Source: an uncultured Acetobacteraceae bacterium (GTDB taxonomy: Bacteria > Pseudomonadota > Alphaproteobacteria > Acetobacterales > Acetobacteraceae). Taken from it: DNA of 64,000 bases. The translations under genes and the position numbers were made by a program. Under the pieces are notes generated by a model, which saw nothing but the letters and a program-made list of their open reading frames with translations, was not told the DNA's origin and did not search any database. The stretch lies in assembly GCA_903918315.1 (NCBI GenBank), contig CAIXEA010000029.1, forward strand, positions 22,777 through 86,776, written 5' to 3'. Below are positions 39,221 through 49,174 of the stretch, piece by piece. Position 1 is the stretch's first letter, and each line of letters begins with the position of its first letter.

Positions 39221-42200
39221 ATGACCGAGGAATCCCCCCGCGACCGTGCCACTCGGGCGCAACGGGAGGCCTCTGACCCCGCGGTGTCCGCCTTCGTCGC
39301 TGCCTCCGCCGGCTCGGGCAAGACCAAGCTTCTGACCGATCGGCTGCTGCGCCTCATGCTGACCGACGGCGTAAGGCCGGAGCGGATCCAATGTCTGACT
39401 TTCACCAAAGCCGCCGCGGCCGAGATGTCGGTGCGGCTGCAACGCCTGCTCGGCGGTTGGGTGACGATGGACGATCCAACGCTGGACGCGGCGCTGATCG
39501 CGTTGGACATGATCCCGACGCCGTCGCTGCGCCGGACCGCGCGGGCCTTGTTCGCGCGGGTCCTCGATCTGCCCGGCGGCATGCGTATTGGCACCATTCA
39601 TGCCTTCTGCCAGTCCCTGCTGCGCCGGTTCCCCCTGGAAGCCGCGCTATCGCCGCATTTCCAACTGGTGGACGACCGCGATGCCGAGGACGCGCTGACC
39701 GAAGCCCGCGAAGCGATGCTGACCAAAGCCGAAGCCAACCACCTCAACATTGCGCTGGAGTTGCTCGCTGGCCTGTCGAGCGCGGAGCAATTCGGCGCCA
39801 ACGTCAAAACATTGCTGGCCGATCGGGATCGGGTGACCCAGGCGCTGGCGCATCCCGACCTCGCGGGGGCGCAGCGTCGGGCGCTGGGGGTCACGGCCGA
39901 CAGCGCCGATGCGCTGATCGCTTCGGCGGTGAACTGGCAGGAAGAACCCGGCCTTCGCAATGCCGCCCTGATCGTGCGCAGCCTGGGTTCCCCGGGGATC
40001 AAGAAAGCCGCTGAAGCGATGCTGGACTGGCTCAGTTGCGATGCCGAACACCGGTCTGCAAATTGGGATGTGTGGCGCAGCTTGTTCATCACCACGCAAG
40101 ATAAGGTTTTTTCCGCAAAATCCTTTGTCAGCCAGGGAGTTACCAAAGCACATCCGGATCTGGTGGAGATTTTCTTCGCGGAGGGCGAACGCATCCTCGC
40201 TGTGCAGGACTCGCTGCGGGCTTTGAACCTGGCCGAAGCCTCGGCCGCTTTGTTCAGCCTCGCCGCGCCTGTGCTGACAGCCTATGCGGACCACAAAGAG
40301 CGGACCGGGCTGTTGGACTACGACGATCTGATTGGGCGGACGTCGAAGTTATTGCACGATCCGGGGGCCGCCTGGGTGCTGTACAAGCTCGACGGCGGCA
40401 TCGATCATCTGCTGCTCGACGAGGTACAGGATATCGCGCGGCAGCAGTGGCAAATCGCCCACGCCCTTACCGACGAATTCTTTGCTGGTTTCGGCGCGCG
40501 CGACCAGCGGCGCACCGTTTTCGCCGTCGGCGATCCCAAGCAGTCGATCTTTGGATTTCAGGGGGCGGATGTCTCAACATTCGAATCCTCCCGCCGCCGC
40601 CTCGCGACAACGGTGCGCGGCGCCGGGGAGACCTTTGTCGATGTTCCCCTCGATGTGTCCTTCCGTTCAGCCGAACCCGTGCTGGCGCTGGTGGACGCGG
40701 TGTTCGGCGATCCCACCGCCGCCCTGGGCGTGGTTACCCCGGGGGACACTCTGGCCCATTTCGCCAATCGCGCCGGGCATGCGGGGGCGGTGGAGCTCTG
40801 GCCGCTTGCCCCCCTACCCGACGCGGCGAAGCCTGATCCAACCGCCGTGCCGGACAGCAACCAGACCCAGACCGACGCCCCGAAAGCCCTGGCTGACCGG
40901 ATCGCGGACTGGATCAAGGCGCAGACCGACGGCTCGGTCCGGCTTGAAAGCCGAGATCGGCCGTTGCGGCCGGGCGATGTGATGGTGCTGGTGCGCCGGC
41001 GCAACAGCTTCGCCGTTGCGTTGGTGCGGGCGTTGAAAACGCGCGGCGTGCCGGTGGCGGGCATGGACCGGATGGTGCTGACCGATCAGCCGGCGGTGCA
41101 GGACCTGATGGCTCTCGCGGATGCGCTGCTGCTGCCGGAAGACGACCTGACATTTGCCGCCCTGCTGACCAGCCCGCTGGGTGGTCTGGGCGACGACGAC
41201 CTCATGGCACTCTGTATCGACCGGGCCGGCACGGTGGCGGAGGCGTTGCGCCGCCGCGCCACAGAGCGACCCCAGTGGCAGAAGGCCTGGACATTCTTCG
41301 CCACTTTGCAGGCCCGGGTCGATTATGCCACGCCCTATGCCATCCTGGCGGAGGGGCTGGGCGCGTTGGGCGGGCGGGCGCGGTTGCTGGCCCGGCTTGG
41401 CCCGGAAGCGGCGGAGCCGATCGCGGAATTGCTCAACGCGGCGTTGACCTATAGCGCGATCCACCCACCATCCCTGCAAGGGTTCCTGCACTGGATCCGC
41501 CGCTCAGGCGCCGAAGTGAAGCGGGAGGCGGAGGCCGCGGGCAATCTGGTGCGGATCATGACCGTACACGGCGCCAAAGGCCTACAGGCGCCGGTGGTGA
41601 TCGTACCCGACACCACCGCTATGCCGACGGATCGAAATACCATTGTTTGGGCGGACCAGGCCGTGCCCCTCTGGACCCCCAACAAGGCGCTGCGCTGCAA
41701 GGCGGTAGAGCATATTCGGGCCGACGCATTCCAGCGGGAAATCGCGGAATACAACCGCTTGCTTTATGTCGCTCTAACCCGCGCCGAAGACCGGCTGATC
41801 ATCTGCGGCTGGCAGACAAAGCGGGGTATCAGCGATGCCAGTTGGTACAGGGCTGCTGAGCGCGGATTCGCTCGGATAGCAGCGTCCGAAGAAGCATTTG
41901 GCAGTTGGGGCGTGCTGCGGCGGTTCGCCGCCCCGCAAATCGCCGTCCCCAGTGTGGGACCGTCCGGCCACACGGCCCCAAATCCTGAACCGTTGCCCGC
42001 CTGGATTGGCCGCTCACCGGACTGGACCGCCGCGCCCGCGCCGTTGGAACCCGCTCGGCCGCAGCCTTTGGCCCCAAGCCGGCCAGATGGTGGGGAACTG
42101 GGAACGGTGCCGGAAGTGGCTTCGCCTTTGGCCGAACGGATGGAACAAGGCGACCGGTTCCGCCGGGGCCAACTGATCCACGGGTTGTTGCAGCATCTGC

Positions 42201-42667
42201 CGTCCCTGCCACCGGGCGACCGCGCCGACGCTGCACGGCGCTTTCTGGCCCGCCCCGGCCAGGGCTTGGCCCCGGGTTCGGCCATGATCATGGTCAGGGA
42301 AATCCTGGCGATCCTGGAACACCCCGATCTGGCGCCGCTGTTCGGGCCGGGAAGCCGGGCGGAGGTGCCGCTGACCGGGGTTGTCGGCGGCGCGGTGGTT
42401 GGCGGACTGGTGGACCGACTCGCGGTTCTAAGGGATCGAGTGCTGGTGGCGGATTTCAAGACCAACCGCACGCCCCCGGCCGCTGTCGCTGACACGCCAA
42501 TCCTGTATCGACGGCAGATGGCGCTGTACCGGGCGGTGTTACGGGCGGTTTTCCCTGATCGCCGGGTTATTTGCGCCCTGGTCTGGACCCGGGACGCGCG
42601 GGTTGTCATCCTGCCGGACGAGATCCTCGATCAGCACGAACCCAGACCCGCGTCCAACGCGGCTTGA
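39221..42667 (+). CDS. addA: Double-strand break repair helicase AddA
   Basis: ASAGSGKT, LTFTKAAAAEM, LLDEVQD, MTVHGAKGL and ADFKTNR motifs. Confidence 0.97.
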   Translation: MTEESPRDRATRAQREASDPAVSAFVAASAGSGKTKLLTDRLLRLMLTDGVRPERIQCLTFTKAAAAEMSVRLQRLLGGWVTMDDPTLDAALIALDMIPTPSLRRTARALFARVLDLPGGMRIGTIHAFCQSLLRRFPLEAALSPHFQLVDDRDAEDALTEAREAMLTKAEANHLNIALELLAGLSSAEQFGANVKTLLADRDRVTQALAHPDLAGAQRRALGVTADSADALIASAVNWQEEPGLRNAALIVRSLGSPGIKKAAEAMLDWLSCDAEHRSANWDVWRSLFITTQDKVFSAKSFVSQGVTKAHPDLVEIFFAEGERILAVQDSLRALNLAEASAALFSLAAPVLTAYADHKERTGLLDYDDLIGRTSKLLHDPGAAWVLYKLDGGIDHLLLDEVQDIARQQWQIAHALTDEFFAGFGARDQRRTVFAVGDPKQSIFGFQGADVSTFESSRRRLATTVRGAGETFVDVPLDVSFRSAEPVLALVDAVFGDPTAALGVVTPGDTLAHFANRAGHAGAVELWPLAPLPDAAKPDPTAVPDSNQTQTDAPKALADRIADWIKAQTDGSVRLESRDRPLRPGDVMVLVRRRNSFAVALVRALKTRGVPVAGMDRMVLTDQPAVQDLMALADALLLPEDDLTFAALLTSPLGGLGDDDLMALCIDRAGTVAEALRRRATERPQWQKAWTFFATLQARVDYATPYAILAEGLGALGGRARLLARLGPEAAEPIAELLNAALTYSAIHPPSLQGFLHWIRRSGAEVKREAEAAGNLVRIMTVHGAKGLQAPVVIVPDTTAMPTDRNTIVWADQAVPLWTPNKALRCKAVEHIRADAFQREIAEYNRLLYVALTRAEDRLIICGWQTKRGISDASWYRAAERGFARIAASEEAFGSWGVLRRFAAPQIAVPSVGPSGHTAPNPEPLPAWIGRSPDWTAAPAPLEPARPQPLAPSRPDGGELGTVPEVASPLAERMEQGDRFRRGQLIHGLLQHLPSLPPGDRADAARRFLARPGQGLAPGSAMIMVREILAILEHPDLAPLFGPGSRAEVPLTGVVGGAVVGGLVDRLAVLRDRVLVADFKTNRTPPAAVADTPILYRRQMALYRAVLRAVFPDRRVICALVWTRDARVVILPDEILDQHEPRPASNAA

Positions 42668-42690
42668 GGCCGGGCGTCGAGCCCTTATTT
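42663..42690 (+). promoter_or_regulatory. Possible RpoH-type promoter for trxA
   Basis: CTTGAG-N15-CTTATTT resembles the alphaproteobacterial sigma32 consensus CTTGAA-N16-CCTATAT. Confidence 0.35.
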
Positions 42691-42718
42691 CACGGTTACG
42701 CAACTCAAAGAGGTCCCC

Positions 42719-43051
42719 ATGAGCGAAAATACCAAACCCGTCACCGACGACAGCTTCGCGACAGATGTCGTGGAAGCCAGCAAATCTGGCCCGGTCCTGG
42801 TCGATTTCTGGGCAGAATGGTGTGGCCCCTGCAAGATGATTGGCCCGGCGTTGGAAGAAATCGCCGGTGAGTTGGCCGGCAAATTGACGGTCGCGAAGGT
42901 CGATATCGACAATAATCCGATGTCGCCGACCAAGTTCGCGGTGCGCGGTATCCCGACGCTGATCCTTTTCAAGGACGGCAAGCCAGCCGCAACCCAGGTC
43001 GGCGCCCTGCCGAAGGGCCGTCTGAAAGAATGGATCGCCAACAACATCTAA
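42719..43051 (+). CDS. trxA: Thioredoxin
   Basis: [11 protein letters not shown] motif. Confidence 0.98.
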   Translation: MSENTKPVTDDSFATDVVEASKSGPVLVDFWAEWCGPCKMIGPALEEIAGELAGKLTVAKVDIDNNPMSPTKFAVRGIPTLILFKDGKPAATQVGALPKGRLKEWIANNI

Positions 43052-43060
43052 CCCGCGGTG

Positions 43061-43088
43061 GGAAGGTGCCCTGATGGGCACCTTCAAC
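43061..43088 (+). terminator. Hairpin after trxA
   Basis: GAAGGTGCCC-TGAT-GGGCACCTTC, no clear U-tract. Confidence 0.5.
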
Positions 43089-43271
43089 CAGCGGTACCTG
43101 TTTAAACGGCAGAGCGCTCCTCGCCTCACGCTGTCGTGTGTGCCTTTATAACTGATATGACGCTATTATCTTGCTTTCATACCCCAACACGGTCTTGATA
43201 CCTTTCGTAACGCGCCGTTTATTTTTTGTGATTCTGATCATGGGGCGGATAATGGGCTGGAGCAGGCGCTG

Positions 43272-44870
43272 ATGGCAGCCGAATATCGCACGGGTGCGGA
43301 AACGGTCGCACGCAACGTTCACCTCATAGTCCTGATCCTGGTTCTGACCCTTACGACCCTTCACGTTCCCCTGAATCGCCGTGCTGACGATGCCTTCCGT
43401 GAAGGTGCGTACCTGATGTACGGCGTGTCCGGCCAAGGCAACGCCGCGATGGCTGCCCCGGTCGCGTTACGTGGCGGAATCGAGCGTGTTCCCGCCATTC
43501 TTGCCCGAACTTTCTGTGAACCGGACTATCAGATCGTTTGCGTTCGCAAGATCGGTATCGCGCTGACAGTGGGCTCGGTCGCGCTCTATTTGCTGATCCT
43601 GACCGTCATCGCGGGTTTTGGTACGCTGATCAGTGTTTATGCGGGCATACCCGCGATTGCCGTGCTGATCACCTTAAATGGCAGCGCGAGCAGTCCGGCC
43701 GATCTGTTTATCGGTGCGCCCGGCGCGGTCGATCTTGGTGTTCTGGCAATCTTGTATATTGCCCTGCGCGTCGCCCGCGATTCACAGGACGCGACCGAGC
43801 GATACTCACGCCGCTGGCTGTTCGGCTTGGGGGTTGTCGCCGGCTTCGGGCAGTTCTGGGCCTATGACCGCGGCATTGTCGGGCTCGTCCTGCTGGTCAC
43901 AACGATGTTTGGCACCAGCAGGCTGCTGCCGGGTACGAGGCCCAAGCGGACCATTGTTTCAGGTCTGCTCCTGGGGCTGGCACTCTCGTTCTTGATGGGC
44001 ATCAACCGGGGCTTCGTCGCGAATATAACGGCTCAGGTTTATTGGCTGCAACACAGCGATATCTGGTGGCTTCACTGGACGACGCCCATGATGCTCGTCA
44101 ATGGGCCCGCTGTTCTGATGGTTCTGCTGCTGCTTGGGCTGGGCTTTCAAATCGTTCAGCGCAATATCGCCATCGGCGAAACCGGCGAGGCGTTCAGCCT
44201 GCGCCTGCTCATGATCGCGACGGCGTTTTATATGGTGCAGATGCTCCTGCGCCCCGACGCCCAACATATCGGGTCCGTGCTGGCCGTCGCCGCGCTGCTG
44301 GCGGCCATGGTTTTGAGCCAGATTGGGTTGCCCTGGATGTGGGGGGTCACCCCCAGGAGAATCCTGTTCATCGCCGTCTGCATGGTGTTCGTCACATCCA
44401 TCTATGGTCCCCGAACAGTGGCCTCTCTTCCGGATCTATGGTCGCGGGACTTCGATGCCGCGCCGGATAGCTGGTACTCCCGAACGCCGCGTGACGCCGA
44501 ACTCGTTCCGGCTGGCCTGAAGGAAGCAGCGGATATGATCAAAGCACGCGGCGCGGATTGTACTTATAGTTTTAGCAATGAAGGGCTGCTGTATTTGCTC
44601 GCCAGCACGCCGCCCTGCTCGCGCTTCGCCTACCCCGTTTATATCACACAATCACAAGAGCCCCTGGTGATCGCCGAGCTTGAAGCCGCGAAACCGCCGA
44701 TCATCCTGGCACAATCCGGGGCATGGTCGAACGCCGTGGATGGGCTGAGCCTGAGCGACCGTACGCCACAACTGGCGGAATGGCTCAAAGCCAACTACCC
44801 GGGCCGAAAAATGCTCCCGGGGGGATACGAGATCCGCATGCGGGAAGTGACGGGCAAGCCGGCTCGATAG
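43272..44870 (+). CDS. Polytopic membrane protein, possible GT-C-fold glycosyltransferase; start uncertain
   Basis: Many hydrophobic segments, DAFREG loop, soluble C-terminal domain; AT-rich upstream region; sits between trxA and folC. Confidence 0.75.
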   Translation: MAAEYRTGAETVARNVHLIVLILVLTLTTLHVPLNRRADDAFREGAYLMYGVSGQGNAAMAAPVALRGGIERVPAILARTFCEPDYQIVCVRKIGIALTVGSVALYLLILTVIAGFGTLISVYAGIPAIAVLITLNGSASSPADLFIGAPGAVDLGVLAILYIALRVARDSQDATERYSRRWLFGLGVVAGFGQFWAYDRGIVGLVLLVTTMFGTSRLLPGTRPKRTIVSGLLLGLALSFLMGINRGFVANITAQVYWLQHSDIWWLHWTTPMMLVNGPAVLMVLLLLGLGFQIVQRNIAIGETGEAFSLRLLMIATAFYMVQMLLRPDAQHIGSVLAVAALLAAMVLSQIGLPWMWGVTPRRILFIAVCMVFVTSIYGPRTVASLPDLWSRDFDAAPDSWYSRTPRDAELVPAGLKEAADMIKARGADCTYSFSNEGLLYLLASTPPCSRFAYPVYITQSQEPLVIAELEAAKPPIILAQSGAWSNAVDGLSLSDRTPQLAEWLKANYPGRKMLPGGYEIRMREVTGKPAR

Positions 44871-44918
44871 AGCGGGATGACTCGAGGTGGAGGACCTAAG
44901 GTTCGAATCCCGCGATCA
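44868..44918 (-). repeat. REP/MITE-like element, copy 5
   Basis: TAGAGCGGGATGA...GAGGTGGA...GAATCCCGCGATCA; starts on the TAG stop of 43272..44870. Confidence 0.83.
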
Positions 44919-44932
44919 CGCTCAGGCGGACT

Positions 44933-46213
44933 TCAGGCAGGCGATACGCCGTCACTCGCCAGCACAGTGCCGGCCAAATAGAGGCTTCCGCAGATCAACA
45001 CCCGTGCAGGTGCTCCCTTGCGCGGCAGCGCGCGCAAGGCATCCGCGACAGTTGGCCCCGGCCGCGCAACGCCGCCCGAAGCCGCGATCACGTCCGCCAA
45101 CGGCATGGCCCCGTGCTGGTTCGGTTCCGCGACCGCCCAGAGTGTCGTCACATGCGGGACAATCGGACGCAGAAACCCTGCCCCATCCTTCGCCTGGTTC
45201 AGACCTGCGATTACATGCACAGGCCGATCGGCCCACCCCCGCAGATGGGCCGCCAGGGCCGCACCGGCGCCGGGATTATGGCCGCCATCCAGCCAAAGCT
45301 CCCAGTCCGGAGGAATGAGACGGGTCAATGCACCGCGCAGGCGCTGCATCCGGGCTGGCCATTCGGCCGCGGCGATACCCGCGGCGAAAGCCCTCTCTGG
45401 AACGGGAAGCCCACTGGCACGCAACGCCGCGATCGCGATGCCAGCATTGTCCATCTGATGAACACCCGGCAGGCCGGGCGCTGGCAGGAGCAGCTCCCCA
45501 TCGGCATCGACGAACCGAAACCCGGCCGCGAGAGGCTCAACCGTCCAATCCCTTCCCCGCAAGCGGAGTGTGGCGCCGCATGCGGCGGCATGACGCACCA
45601 AGACAGCCACGCACTCATCCGGCTGATCACCACTGATCGCCGGGACGCCGTGCTTCATGATACCGGCCTTTTCGGCCGCGATCAGGGCAATCGTGTCCCC
45701 GAGCAACTCCTTGTGATCCAGGGAGATGGCGGTAATCGCCGTGGCCGCCGGAGCAGGAATGACATTGGTCGCGTCGCCCCGTCCGCCGAGGCCGACTTCC
45801 AGAATGCACAGGTCCGCCGGCTGGCTGGCGAACAGATGGAAAGCGGCGGCGGTGATGACTTCGAACAGGGTGATGGGCTCATTGGCGTTGATCGCCTCGA
45901 CATGCGCCATGGTGGCATTCAGCAGATCATCGGACACGATCTGTCCGGCAACGCGGAAGCGCTCGTTGAAGCGAACCAAGTGCGGCGAGGTGAAGACATG
46001 CACGCGCCAGCCGGCGGCTTCGCCAATCGCGCGCAGGAAAGCACAGGTGCTGCCTTTGCCATTCGTGCCAGCGACGTGGATGACGGGGGGCAGACGCTGC
46101 TCGGGTTGACCGAGTTTCGCCAGCAGGCCGCGCAGGCGATCCAGGCTCAAATCCATCAGTCGAGGGTGCAGGCTGGAGAGTCGCGCCAGCACCGGGTCGG
46201 TATTATCGCTCAC
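44933..46213 (-). CDS. folC: Folylpolyglutamate/dihydrofolate synthase
   Basis: HVAGTNGKGST, FTSPHLVRFNER, LEVGLGGRGD and LDGGHNP motifs. Confidence 0.96.
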   Translation of the reverse strand: MSDNTDPVLARLSSLHPRLMDLSLDRLRGLLAKLGQPEQRLPPVIHVAGTNGKGSTCAFLRAIGEAAGWRVHVFTSPHLVRFNERFRVAGQIVSDDLLNATMAHVEAINANEPITLFEVITAAAFHLFASQPADLCILEVGLGGRGDATNVIPAPAATAITAISLDHKELLGDTIALIAAEKAGIMKHGVPAISGDQPDECVAVLVRHAAACGATLRLRGRDWTVEPLAAGFRFVDADGELLLPAPGLPGVHQMDNAGIAIAALRASGLPVPERAFAAGIAAAEWPARMQRLRGALTRLIPPDWELWLDGGHNPGAGAALAAHLRGWADRPVHVIAGLNQAKDGAGFLRPIVPHVTTLWAVAEPNQHGAMPLADVIAASGGVARPGPTVADALRALPRKGAPARVLICGSLYLAGTVLASDGVSPA

Positions 46214-47076
46214 GCCGCCGCCGCATGACCCCGGATGCGCAGCAGGCCGATGACCCGCGCCAGGGTGGCTTTGAGGTCGCTGCGTTTGACCACCATGTCG
46301 ATAATGCCATGTTCGAGCAGGTATTCGGCGCGCTGGAAGCCCTCTGGGAGCTTCTCACGCACCGTCTGCTCGATGACGCGGGCGCCGGCGAATCCGATCA
46401 ACGCGCCGGGTTCGGCGATCTGGAGATCACCGAGCATGGCGAAACTGGCGCTCACCCCGCCGGTCGTCGGGTCGGTCAGAACGACGATATAGGGCAGCCC
46501 GGCATCACGGACCATCTGGGTGGCGATGACGGAGCGCGGCATCTGCATCAGGCTGATGGCCCCTTCCTGCATCCGCGCGCCGCCAGAGGCGGTGAACACC
46601 ACGAGCGGGGCATCCTGCAGCACCGCCAGTCGCGCCGCGGCGACCAGTCCGTTGCCGACAGCGGCCCCCATGGAACCGCCGATAAAGCCGAACTCCATCG
46701 CCGCGACCACCGTCTTATGGCCACCGATCGTCCCGTGCGCGACGACGATGGCATCGTCGAGTTTGGTTTTGTCGCGGGCTTCCTTCAGCCGATCGGTGTA
46801 GCGCTTGGTATCGCGAAAGCGCAGCGGGTCGGGATTGGCTTTGGGCAGCTCAATGCGGCTATGGCTCCCCTCATCGAAGGTCCAATTCAGGCGCTCGATG
46901 GCGGAGCCGCGCATATGATGGCCGCAATGACCGCAGACCTTTAGGTTAGAGACGAGGTCACGGTGAAAGATCATCTGCTGGCAGGCAGGACATTGATGCC
47001 AGAGATTATCCGGCACCTCGCGTTTGGCGAACAGGGTGCGGATTTTGGGGCGGACGAATTCGGTGAGCCAGCTCAT
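46210..47076 (-). CDS. accD: Acetyl-CoA carboxylase carboxyltransferase beta subunit
   Basis: CPAC...CGHC zinc finger, GGSMG, SGGARMQEG and PTTGGV motifs. Confidence 0.97.
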   Translation of the reverse strand: MSWLTEFVRPKIRTLFAKREVPDNLWHQCPACQQMIFHRDLVSNLKVCGHCGHHMRGSAIERLNWTFDEGSHSRIELPKANPDPLRFRDTKRYTDRLKEARDKTKLDDAIVVAHGTIGGHKTVVAAMEFGFIGGSMGAAVGNGLVAAARLAVLQDAPLVVFTASGGARMQEGAISLMQMPRSVIATQMVRDAGLPYIVVLTDPTTGGVSASFAMLGDLQIAEPGALIGFAGARVIEQTVREKLPEGFQRAEYLLEHGIIDMVVKRSDLKATLARVIGLLRIRGHAAAA

Positions 47077-47172
47077 GGATTGGGATGCCCGATAGGGTGT
47101 TCGAACGGAGGGTTAGCGCAAGCGGCGCCCATGGGGAAGCACTCTGAATATATCGGTGCTGCGCGCCTGCCC

Positions 47173-47201
47173 CCTTGTCATCGGCCCGGTTTCGACCGAT
47201 G
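47173..47201 (+). promoter_or_regulatory. Possible RpoH-type promoter for the nfu operon
   Basis: CTTGtc-N16-CCGATGT. Confidence 0.4.
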
Positions 47202-47264
47202 TAGCTGATCATCGTCCAGGACCGCAGCGGTCCTGTTTCCCTTACCACGACCAGGCAGGTTCCC

Positions 47265-47828
47265 ATGTTCATCGAAACCGAAGGCACGCCCAACCCCGCG
47301 ACGCTGAAATTCCTGCCGGGCCAGGACGTGATGGGCTTCTCGACGGCCGACTTCGCCTCCGCCTCTTCGGCCGGTCGCAGCCCGCTCGCGAGCGCCCTGT
47401 TCGACCTGCCGGGCGTCGCGCGGGTGTTCCTGGGTGGCGATTTCATCACGGTGACGAAGACCGACGCGATCGCCTGGCAGGCGCTAAAGCCGCAGGTGTT
47501 GGGCGCGATCATGGAGCATTTCGTGGCCGGCCGCCCCGTGATCGACGGCGTCGTCGATGGCGATCTGGTCGGAGAGGATGTTGACCCGGCGGACCAGGAG
47601 GTTGTGGACCAGATCAAAGAGCTGCTCGATACCCGCGTCCGCCCGGCGGTGGCCGGCGACGGTGGCGACATCGTCTTCCGCGGCTTCCGTGACGGGATCG
47701 TGCGGCTGCACATGCAGGGCGCGTGCTCGGGCTGTCCGTCGTCCAAGGCGACGTTGAAGCATGGGATCGAGAACATGCTGAAGCATTATGTGCCGGAAGT
47801 GGTCGCCGTGGAGCAGGTCGAGTTCTGA
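47265..47828 (+). CDS. NifU/Nfu-type Fe-S scaffold/carrier protein
   Basis: [27 protein letters not shown] and GACSGCPSS motifs. Confidence 0.95.
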   Translation: MFIETEGTPNPATLKFLPGQDVMGFSTADFASASSAGRSPLASALFDLPGVARVFLGGDFITVTKTDAIAWQALKPQVLGAIMEHFVAGRPVIDGVVDGDLVGEDVDPADQEVVDQIKELLDTRVRPAVAGDGGDIVFRGFRDGIVRLHMQGACSGCPSSKATLKHGIENMLKHYVPEVVAVEQVEF

Positions 47829-47898
47829 AGCCTGGGCTGGTGCTTTCGTCCGCCGCGCCGCACAATCCCCCTCAGACCTCATCCGACAGGAGTCCACG

Positions 47899-48486
47899 AT
47901 GACCATCGACGCCGCGGGCCTCGACCTGCTTTTTCGCGAAGCACGCAGCCAGAACAAGTGGAAGGACGAGCCTGTCTCCGACGAGACGATTCACGCGCTC
48001 TACGACATTCTGAAGTTCGGCCCGACTTCGGCCAACAGCTCGCCGGCGCGGTTCGTGTTCATCCGCTCAAAGGAGGGCAAGGACCGCCTGGCTCCGGCTT
48101 TGTCGTCGGGCAACCTGGCCAAGACCATGTCGGCGCCCGTCAGCGTGATCGTCGCTTATGACCCGAAATTCCACGAGAAACTGCCCAAACTCTTTCCGCA
48201 CAACCTTGATGCCGCGAGTTGGTTCACCAGCAACGAGTCGCTCGCGGCGACCACGGCATTCCGCAACGGCACGCTTCAGGGTGCTTATTTGATGATCGCC
48301 GCCCGTTCGCTCGGCCTCGACGTCGGCGGCATGTCGGGTTTCGACAATGCCAAGGTGGACGCGGAATTCTTCCAGTATTCCGGGTGGCGGTCGAACTTCC
48401 TCGTCAATATCGGCCATGGCGATCCAGAGGGTGTGTTCGCCCGCTCGCCGCGACTTGATTTCGATGAGGCCTGCCAGTTCGCCTGA
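47899..48486 (+). CDS. Nitroreductase family, malonic semialdehyde reductase (RutE-like)
   Basis: [28 protein letters not shown] and GGMSGFD motifs. Confidence 0.9.
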   Translation: MTIDAAGLDLLFREARSQNKWKDEPVSDETIHALYDILKFGPTSANSSPARFVFIRSKEGKDRLAPALSSGNLAKTMSAPVSVIVAYDPKFHEKLPKLFPHNLDAASWFTSNESLAATTAFRNGTLQGAYLMIAARSLGLDVGGMSGFDNAKVDAEFFQYSGWRSNFLVNIGHGDPEGVFARSPRLDFDEACQFA

Positions 48487-48498
48487 TCCGAGCGGCGC

Positions 48499-49152
48499 AT
48501 GCGCATTCTGACCCTTGATTCCGCGCTTGCCCGCTGTTCCGCGGCGCTGGTCACCGATGGGACGGTGCTGGCGCACCGCGTTCACGACGCCGCACGCGGC
48601 CATGCCGCGCTGCTGCCAGTGATCGTGCGCGATATCCTGGCCGAGGCTGGGGCCCCCAGCTTCGATCTGGTGGCCGTGACGGTCGGGCCTGGCAGTTTCA
48701 CCGGCATCCGTGCGGGGCTGGCCCTGGCGCAAGGTCTGGCGCTGGCCTCCGATATGCCCATCGTGGCGGTGACCGTAGGGGAGGCGCTGGCCTTTGGCCT
48801 CCAGCCGCCAACCGGCCGGGCGCTGTGGATTGCCACCGATAGCCGGCGCGGGCGGGTGTTTCTGGAACGCGACGGCGCTGTCGCCGCCTTCGATCTGACA
48901 GCTTTGCCTCGCCCGTCCGGGCCGGTGGCGCTGGCAGGCGATGCGGGGCATATCGTGGCGGCCTGGCTGGCGGCGAAAGATATCGACGTGATGTTGACCA
49001 ACGCCCGCCTGCCTGGACCCGAAGGCATCGCGGCGGCGGCCGAGGCACGCCGGCTCGGCGCCCTGCCCGCCCTCGCGGCCCAACCACTCTATATTGACCC
49101 GCCGGAGGCAAAGCCGCCCGCGGGCGGACTGCGGCCGCCACCGCAGGCGTGA
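48499..49152 (+). CDS. tsaB: tRNA t6A biosynthesis protein TsaB
   Basis: ILTLDSA, GHAALL and VGPGSFTGIRAG motifs. Confidence 0.95.
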   Translation: MRILTLDSALARCSAALVTDGTVLAHRVHDAARGHAALLPVIVRDILAEAGAPSFDLVAVTVGPGSFTGIRAGLALAQGLALASDMPIVAVTVGEALAFGLQPPTGRALWIATDSRRGRVFLERDGAVAAFDLTALPRPSGPVALAGDAGHIVAAWLAAKDIDVMLTNARLPGPEGIAAAAEARRLGALPALAAQPLYIDPPEAKPPAGGLRPPPQA

Positions 49153-49174
49153 CGCCAGCCCAAAGGCAACGCCG

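Noticed and set aside
43146-43436. 96-aa minus-strand ORF
   Set aside because: Overlaps the plus-strand membrane gene antisense, has no recognisable motif and extends into AT-rich intergenic DNA
44895-44915. tRNA T-arm-like GGTTCGAATCCC
   Set aside because: It lies inside repeat copy 5, the other copies read GGTCTGAATCCC, and no D arm, anticodon arm or CCA end can be built
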